This document shows, piece by piece, positions 59,523 through 64,000 of a DNA stretch of 64,000 nt; position 1 is the stretch's first letter, and each line of letters opens with the position of its first letter. The stretch is taken from positions 1,798 through 65,797 of the forward strand of contig CAZKVQ010000008.1 of assembly GCA_964556255.1 (NCBI GenBank), read 5' to 3'. Under the pieces are notes generated by a model, which was not told the DNA's origin, made no database searches, and saw only the letters and a list, made by a program, of their open reading frames with translations. The stretch is from an uncultured Actinomycetes bacterium (GTDB taxonomy: Bacteria; Actinomycetota; Actinomycetes; S36-B12; UBA10799). Both the position numbers and the translations under genes were made by a program.

Positions 59523-59561
59523 GAAGCCCGGTCGGGGCGAGTATCGTCCCGACCGGGCTTC
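59523..59561. terminator. GC-rich hairpin after tRNA-Tyr (possible bidirectional terminator)
   Basis: Perfect 14-bp stem GAAGCCCGGTCGGG / CCCGACCGGGCTTC with an 11-nt loop. It lies between tRNA-Tyr (+) and the convergent TetR gene (-). There is no clear U-tract. Confidence 0.6.
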
Positions 59562-59615
59562 TGCATGTTTGCTGGCACGCCAGGTCTGCACCTCGGGCGT
59601 TCTGGGGCCTGGCTC

Positions 59616-60284
59616 TCACGCGATCAGGTCGTTGAGCAACTGCACGACCCGCTCCGCAACCTCGCGGCCCACCCGAGCGTCCGCTCCGGGGTCGGCGGCC
59701 CGTGCCGGTTGCAGCGGCCTGTCCAGCCACAGAGTCGTCACCCCATGAACCGTCGACCAACAGAGTGTCGCGAGGGTCGCGGGATCGGCGGTTCGCGAGT
59801 GGCCCGCGGCCTGGCAGCGTTCGATCACTGCAACCAGGGTGTCCCAGGAGGCCGTGTAGGTGGCAGGAACCTCGCCCTCGCCGAGCCCGGTCAATTCGGG
59901 TCGGAACATCAGCCGGAAGAGCCCCGGGTTGGCGAGGCCGAATTCCACATACGCCATCCCGGAGGCGGCGAGTTCTGCCAGCGGGTCACTCGCTGCAGCC
60001 ACAGCTTGGTTCATCGCCGCCGCGAGCGCCACGAATCCCTCCTCTGCTACTGCGCGCAGTAGCGAGGCCTTGTCCGGGAAGTGGTGGTACGGGGCTGCGT
60101 GCGTGACACCCGCCTTGCGGGCCACTGCGCGCATGCTGACCGCGGACGGCCCTTCGGACTCGATCAGGGTGGTGGCTTCCCGCAGGACAGCCTTGCGCAG
60201 GTCACCGTGGCGATAGGAGTCACGATCTGGAGGCACGGTTTGACGATACCTGTGCCGGGGAGTGCTCCAGGCCCGTCGCGCCAC
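59616..60284 (-). CDS. TetR/AcrR-family transcriptional regulator
   Basis: HTH SMRAVARKAGVTHAAPYHHFPDK. The start is uncertain (GTG at 60284 or GTG at 60236), and either choice overlaps the 3' end of the upstream NmrA-like gene. Confidence 0.85.
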   Translation of the reverse strand: MARRAWSTPRHRYRQTVPPDRDSYRHGDLRKAVLREATTLIESEGPSAVSMRAVARKAGVTHAAPYHHFPDKASLLRAVAEEGFVALAAAMNQAVAAASDPLAELAASGMAYVEFGLANPGLFRLMFRPELTGLGEGEVPATYTASWDTLVAVIERCQAAGHSRTADPATLATLCWSTVHGVTTLWLDRPLQPARAADPGADARVGREVAERVVQLLNDLIA

Positions 60285-61113
60285 CCGAGATGGCCAGCCA
60301 CTGGTCCAGGGTCGTGGCGCCCCGGATCACCGGAGCTTGCTCGACCTCGGTCACGTGCGACGCGTACTTCAGTAACGGCAACGTGGCCGCCAGGGACTCG
60401 CCACCCGGCATTCGGGCGATTAGGCCTGCCGCCCAGAACGGCAACTGCCCGACCTTCGCCGACGGGTTCACTGACGCGCAATAGCGCTGCAGGGCCTCGG
60501 TCATCGTCATCGCCTCGGGTCCGAGGAGGGTGACCAGTTGGGCGCCGGGTCCATCGAGGTGTGCTGACATCACCAACCCCGCGAGGTCCTGGCCGGCCAC
60601 CCAGTGCCACGGTGTGGGTTGCCGACCGATCACGCTAGCCCGATTGCCCTTGACGAACCGGGGCAGCGATTCCATGAAGAACGACGAGCGGAAGACGGTG
60701 GCGGGGATCTCGCTGCTCGTCACGGCCGCCTCTGCTGCGAGCTTCGCGCGGGTTCCGGGGAACCACGCGTTCTGATCGCAGACGCTGGCCCCCGAGAGCA
60801 TGGTGATTCGTTGAACCCCGAGGTCCCGGGCGGCCGCCACGACTGCATCAGCCGCCCGACGTTCAAGGTCGGGATCCTGACCTCCATCAAGGCTGAGGTG
60901 CACCCCGGAGCAGCCCTGGACCGCCCCGCGCACCACAGTCGCGTCAGCAGCGTCGCCCTCAACCGCCTCCGCTCGGCCACCGAACAACTCGGCGACCCGG
61001 GTCGCGTTTCGAGTGAGCACCCGCACCGGAATCCCGGTTGCCAGGGCCTGCTCGACAACTATGCGCCCGATCAGCCCGGTTCCGCCGAGCACCAGCATCC
61101 TCTGTTGTGGCAT
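60220..61113 (-). CDS. NAD(P)H-binding NmrA/SDR-like oxidoreductase
   Basis: Rossmann motif MLVLGGTGLIGR. Start taken as ATG 61113; the track start is GTG 61122. Confidence 0.75.
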   Translation of the reverse strand: MPQQRMLVLGGTGLIGRIVVEQALATGIPVRVLTRNATRVAELFGGRAEAVEGDAADATVVRGAVQGCSGVHLSLDGGQDPDLERRAADAVVAAARDLGVQRITMLSGASVCDQNAWFPGTRAKLAAEAAVTSSEIPATVFRSSFFMESLPRFVKGNRASVIGRQPTPWHWVAGQDLAGLVMSAHLDGPGAQLVTLLGPEAMTMTEALQRYCASVNPSAKVGQLPFWAAGLIARMPGGESLAATLPLLKYASHVTEVEQAPVIRGATTLDQWLAISGGATGLEHSPAQVSSNRASRS

Positions 61114-61133
61114 GGGGTCCACGCACCTCTCTA

Positions 61134-61181
61134 TCTAGACAGTGTCTAGATTATGGCACATGTATCTTGACACTGTCTAGA
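61134..61181. promoter_or_regulatory. Two tandem 17-bp palindromic operator-like sites (TCTAGACAGTGTCTAGA and TCTTGACACTGTCTAGA)
   Basis: Site 1 (61134-61150) is a perfect palindrome. Site 2 (61165-61181) differs from it at 2 positions. Their centres are 31 bp apart, immediately upstream of the NmrA-like/TetR operon. Confidence 0.6.
61150..61179 (-). promoter_or_regulatory. Candidate promoter of the NmrA-like/TetR operon (minus strand TAGACA-18 bp-CATAAT)
   Basis: On the minus strand the -35-like TAGACA (61179-61174) lies inside operator 2. The -10-like CATAAT (61155-61150) abuts operator 1. Prediction only. Confidence 0.4.
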
Positions 61182-61260
61182 TGCGCAATGGAGAGGGGAA
61201 GAGGGGAGAAGGGCAACCAGCGCAAGACGGTGGGATACGTGCTACTGACCGCTCACAACG

Positions 61261-61304
61261 AACGGCAGCGCGGCCCCCGGTCCGGCGAGGGCCGCGCTGC
61301 CGTT
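61261..61304 (-). terminator. Perfect 16-bp-stem hairpin downstream of the acyl-CoA synthetase gene
   Basis: AACGGCAGCGCGGCCC / GGGCCGCGCTGCCGTT with a 12-nt loop, 38 nt after the stop codon at 61342. The T-tract is weak (cgttgtg on the transcribed strand). Confidence 0.55.
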
Positions 61305-61341
61305 CCAACGGGTGACCTCGGTGGTCACCGTCGATCGATCG

Positions 61342-62826
61342 TCAGCTCGGATGGATCTCCCGCTTGAGGATCTTCCCGGTTGGGCCCTTGGGCAGTCCCT
61401 CGGGGACGAACCACACGATGCGGGGGTACTTGTAGGGGGCCACCCGGTCCTTGACGAAATCTCGCAACTCGTCCTCGGTGGCGGTGGCGCCGGGCTTGAG
61501 CGTCACCGCGGCGCCGATCTCCTCACCCTTCATGTCATCCGGGATCCCCACGACAGCAGCCTCGGCAACCGCTGGGTGCTCGTACAGCACCTCCTCGATC
61601 TCGCGCGGGTAGACGTTCAAGCCGCCGCGGATGATCATGTCCTTGGCCCGGTCGACGATGAAGTAGTAGCCGTCCTCGTCGCGTCTCGCCAGGTCGCCGG
61701 TGCGGAACCAGCCGTCCCTGATGGCGTCCCCCGTGGCATCCGGACGTTGCCAGTAGCCCTTCATGACGTTCGGTCCCTTGATGACGATCTCCCCGATTTC
61801 GCCGTCGGGGGAGTCGTTCCAGTCGCTGTCGATCAGGCGCATCTCCACGTCCTTGATCGGCGTCCCGATGGATCCGGCCTTGCGCTCCCGGTCGGGATGA
61901 TTGAACGACGCCACCGGGCTCGTCTCGGACAAGCCGTAGCCCTCGAGGATGGCGGTGCCGAACTCGGACTCGAAGCCCTTCAGCACCTCCACCGGCAGCG
62001 ACGCGCCGCCGGAGACGCACAGTCGAAGACTGGAGGTGTCGTAGGAGGCGTGGTCTGGATGTTGCAGCAGCGCCACGTACATGGTCGGAACCGCCTCCAG
62101 CACCGTCACCTGGTCGCGGGCGAGCACCTCCAGAGCCTTCCCCGGCTCGAAGCGCGGCAGCAATGTCAGGCTGGCGCCGAGCGCGACTGCAGAGTTCAGC
62201 CCGCAGGTCTGGCCGAAGGAGTGGAAGAGCGGGAGGCCACCGAAGATCACATCCTCCGGACCACCCCCGAACAGATTCACCGACGCCTCGACGTTGCTGA
62301 GCAGGTTGCTGTGCGTCAGTTCGGCGCCTTTCGGCTTACCGGTGGTCCCCGAGGTGTACAAGATCACCGCGGTGTCGTCCGCCGCGCGATCCACGACCCC
62401 CGGGACGGGCGCGTGGGTACCCAGTTCCGCGGCGAATTCGGTGGTCGACACCAGGACGCACGGGGTGCCGGCCGCCTCGGCCCCAGCCACCGCCTCCTCG
62501 GCTACGCCCTCCCAGGCGAACAGCACCTTCGCCCCGGAGTCCGCCAGGTAGAACTCGATCTCCCTGGATTTGAACAGCGGATTCATGGGCACGACGACGG
62601 CACCAGCGCGCAGGGCGCCGAAGTAGAGGATCGGGAACTGCGGCAGGTTCGGCAACATGACGCCGACCCGGTCGCCCGGTTCCACGCCGAGTTCGGCGAG
62701 CCAGCCGGCGGCGAGTTGGCTGGCCACATCCAGGGCGGCGTAGCTCAGTTCGAAGTCATCGAGCTTGATGACGGTCCGGTCACCGTGCTGGGCAGCGGTA
62801 CGGACGAGGTTGTCGGCAAGGTTCAC
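61342..62826 (-). CDS. AMP-dependent acyl-CoA synthetase (long-chain fatty acid-CoA ligase-like)
   Basis: YTSGTTGKPKGA, EGYGLSET and the C-terminal PKGPTGKILKRE. Confidence 0.88.
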   Translation of the reverse strand: MNLADNLVRTAAQHGDRTVIKLDDFELSYAALDVASQLAAGWLAELGVEPGDRVGVMLPNLPQFPILYFGALRAGAVVVPMNPLFKSREIEFYLADSGAKVLFAWEGVAEEAVAGAEAAGTPCVLVSTTEFAAELGTHAPVPGVVDRAADDTAVILYTSGTTGKPKGAELTHSNLLSNVEASVNLFGGGPEDVIFGGLPLFHSFGQTCGLNSAVALGASLTLLPRFEPGKALEVLARDQVTVLEAVPTMYVALLQHPDHASYDTSSLRLCVSGGASLPVEVLKGFESEFGTAILEGYGLSETSPVASFNHPDRERKAGSIGTPIKDVEMRLIDSDWNDSPDGEIGEIVIKGPNVMKGYWQRPDATGDAIRDGWFRTGDLARRDEDGYYFIVDRAKDMIIRGGLNVYPREIEEVLYEHPAVAEAAVVGIPDDMKGEEIGAAVTLKPGATATEDELRDFVKDRVAPYKYPRIVWFVPEGLPKGPTGKILKREIHPS

Positions 62827-62868
62827 AGGTACTCCAGTCTCATCGGGTGGTTGGGGTGGGCAGGGTCG

Positions 62869-63315
62869 TCAAGAGGTCAGGACTTCGCCACCGAACCGGC
62901 GGGCCAGGTCGTCGTCGACGTCGTCGGCGAAGCCGCCGATCACGGCCACGGTAGTGATCAGTTCCGATCGGTCCACGTCGTCACCCGGGAGTTGCCCGGC
63001 CACCAGGATGTCGACCAGGCCCTCGCGTTCGGAGTCCTTGATCCGCAGGTGTCCCAAGCCGGGTGCGCCGGTCTGACGGGCGACGTGCTCGAACAGTTCA
63101 GCAGAGGGCGTGGCGTAGAACACCAGCGGCGCCAAGATGTTGATCACGGTCCGGTTGCCGGCCGGGCGCACGTCGACGATCACCTTGGTGCTGCCGACCG
63201 GCAACTCACAGCTCATCGATCCGGTCGTCCGCATCGCGTCGCCGAACTCGACCTGCAACAGGTGCAGCACCCACTGGCTCACGGCATGGGGTGAATCCGG
63301 CTGGGACGCGCTCAT
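62869..63315 (-). CDS. YbjN-like domain protein (function unknown)
   Basis: 148 aa, starting at the ATG at 63315 that overlaps the upstream gene's stop codon (ATGA). The rest of the 297-aa track ORF is Arg/Gly-rich and lies inside the SDR gene in another frame. The family call is tentative. Confidence 0.5.
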   Translation of the reverse strand: MSASQPDSPHAVSQWVLHLLQVEFGDAMRTTGSMSCELPVGSTKVIVDVRPAGNRTVINILAPLVFYATPSAELFEHVARQTGAPGLGHLRIKDSEREGLVDILVAGQLPGDDVDRSELITTVAVIGGFADDVDDDLARRFGGEVLTS

Positions 63316-64000
63316 GAACCGGTCCGAGCAGGCGGGATCAGATCGTCCAGTTCGGCGTAGTCGACCCCTGTCAGTCGTACCGACTCCGCCCATAGCCGGG
63401 CGGCGTCGACCACGTCCTGGGCACGTTCGTTGGGGTGGACCACCTTGGGATGTCCGCGCGATTCGGCGAAGCCATCCGGGCCGATGTAGTCGCCGCCGCG
63501 GACTGATGGGGAGGTGGCTGCGAAGAGTTGGGGCAGCGCACCCATCTCCGCGGGCTGGGCCATCACCTTGTTCACCAGCCCCATGAAACGTTCCTCCAGT
63601 GCCCGACCGGTGGCCTTGGCATGGGCGGACTGCAGGTTGGTGTCGGCGAACCCGGGGTGCGCCGCGACGGCGATAGCCGCTGAGCCGGCGCCGGCCAGTC
63701 GAGCCTGTAGCTCTAAGGTGAACAGCAGGTTCGCCAGTTTCGACTGACCGTAGACTGCCCACCGCCGGTAGGACTTCTTCGACTGCAGGTCGTCGAAGTT
63801 CATCCGACCCATCTTGTGCGCACCCGAACTGGTGGTCACGATCCGTGCGGCCGGCGCGGCGAGGAGTGCGGGCAGCAACTCACCGGTCAGGGCGAAGTGC
63901 CCCAAGTGGTTGGTTCCGAACTGCCGCTCGAAGCCGTCAGCGGTCTCGCCACGCGGGATGGCCATCACCCCGGCGTTGTTCATCAAGACATCTATCTGCG
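63312..64000 (-). CDS. Short-chain dehydrogenase/reductase (SDR), 5' end outside the window
   Basis: The NNAG motif ([11 protein letters not shown]) continues in frame to the window edge. The catalytic YxxxK is present (YGQSK). Confidence 0.85.
   Translation of the reverse strand, partial: QIDVLMNNAGVMAIPRGETADGFERQFGTNHLGHFALTGELLPALLAAPAARIVTTSSGAHKMGRMNFDDLQSKKSYRRWAVYGQSKLANLLFTLELQARLAGAGSAAIAVAAHPGFADTNLQSAHAKATGRALEERFMGLVNKVMAQPAEMGALPQLFAATSPSVRGGDYIGPDGFAESRGHPKVVHPNERAQDVVDAARLWAESVRLTGVDYAELDDLIPPARTGS

Noticed and set aside
61312-63294. 660-aa plus-strand ORF, the longest unannotated frame near the window end
   Set aside because: It lies antisense to the acyl-CoA synthetase and the YbjN-like gene, both of which have clear motifs. 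The product is Arg/Gly/His/Asp/Val-rich with no motif I recognise, so it is a high-GC artefact.
59431-64000. A genomic island integrated at tRNA-Tyr, comprising the accessory-looking TetR, NmrA, acyl-CoA synthetase, YbjN and SDR genes downstream
   Set aside because: There is no integrase, recombinase or transposase, and I noticed no direct repeat of the tRNA 3' end downstream. I saw no compositional shift by eye apart from the short operator region. A whole-genome comparison would be needed to revisit this.
1-64000. CRISPR arrays, tandem repeat arrays, IS elements, prophage genes and known defence-system genes
   Set aside because: A pass through the sequence and the ORF translations showed no regularly spaced direct repeats. 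It also showed no transposase, integrase, Cas, restriction-modification, toxin-antitoxin or nuclease-NTPase signatures. This was a manual scan, not a computed repeat search.

Overview
The window is a visibly high-GC actinobacterial chromosomal core segment; GC was judged by eye and taxonomy was not computed. Gene order mirrors the mycobacterial Rv0496-Rv0562 neighbourhood as I remember it (ppx ... proC, HTH, bS22, epimerase, acyltransferase ... hemACDB ... hemL, ccdA/resB/ccsB ... men genes ... polyprenyl synthase). Here a complete nuoA-N operon is nested between menG and the polyprenyl diphosphate synthase. Genes are densely packed, mostly on the + strand, and many are translationally coupled through ATGA/GTGA overlaps.

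Content, in order:
- radA, ppx and a P-type ATPase
- proline dehydrogenase and proC
- an HDAC-family deacetylase
- an excisionase-type HTH gene followed by a 32-aa bS22 ribosomal protein gene that is missing from the ORF track
- the heme operon hemA-hemC-cobA/hemD-hemB-hemL
- System II cytochrome c maturation genes
- menA, menE, menB, menC, menD, menF and menG
- nuoA-N
- a korA-korB-rarD-acyl-CoA dehydrogenase operon
- yajQ and tRNA-Tyr
- a small TetR-controlled accessory block

I saw no transposase, integrase, CRISPR array, toxin-antitoxin pair or recognisable defence gene, so most of the window is ordinary housekeeping DNA.

The one multi-gene unit I cannot assign to a described system is an orphan, translationally coupled NuoB-like/NuoC-like/NuoI-like trio at 57350-58826. 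It has no NuoD or membrane partner and is divergently paired with the ferredoxin-reducing KorAB genes.

Secondary observations:
- twin palindromic operators overlapping a predicted promoter at 61134-61181
- phased GTGCC repeats upstream of the HTH/bS22 genes
- a possible uORF coupled to hemA
- a Ser/Arg-rich tail on a TetR regulator
- a perfect 16-bp palindrome between convergent genes

The many long antisense ORFs in the track are high-GC artefacts.
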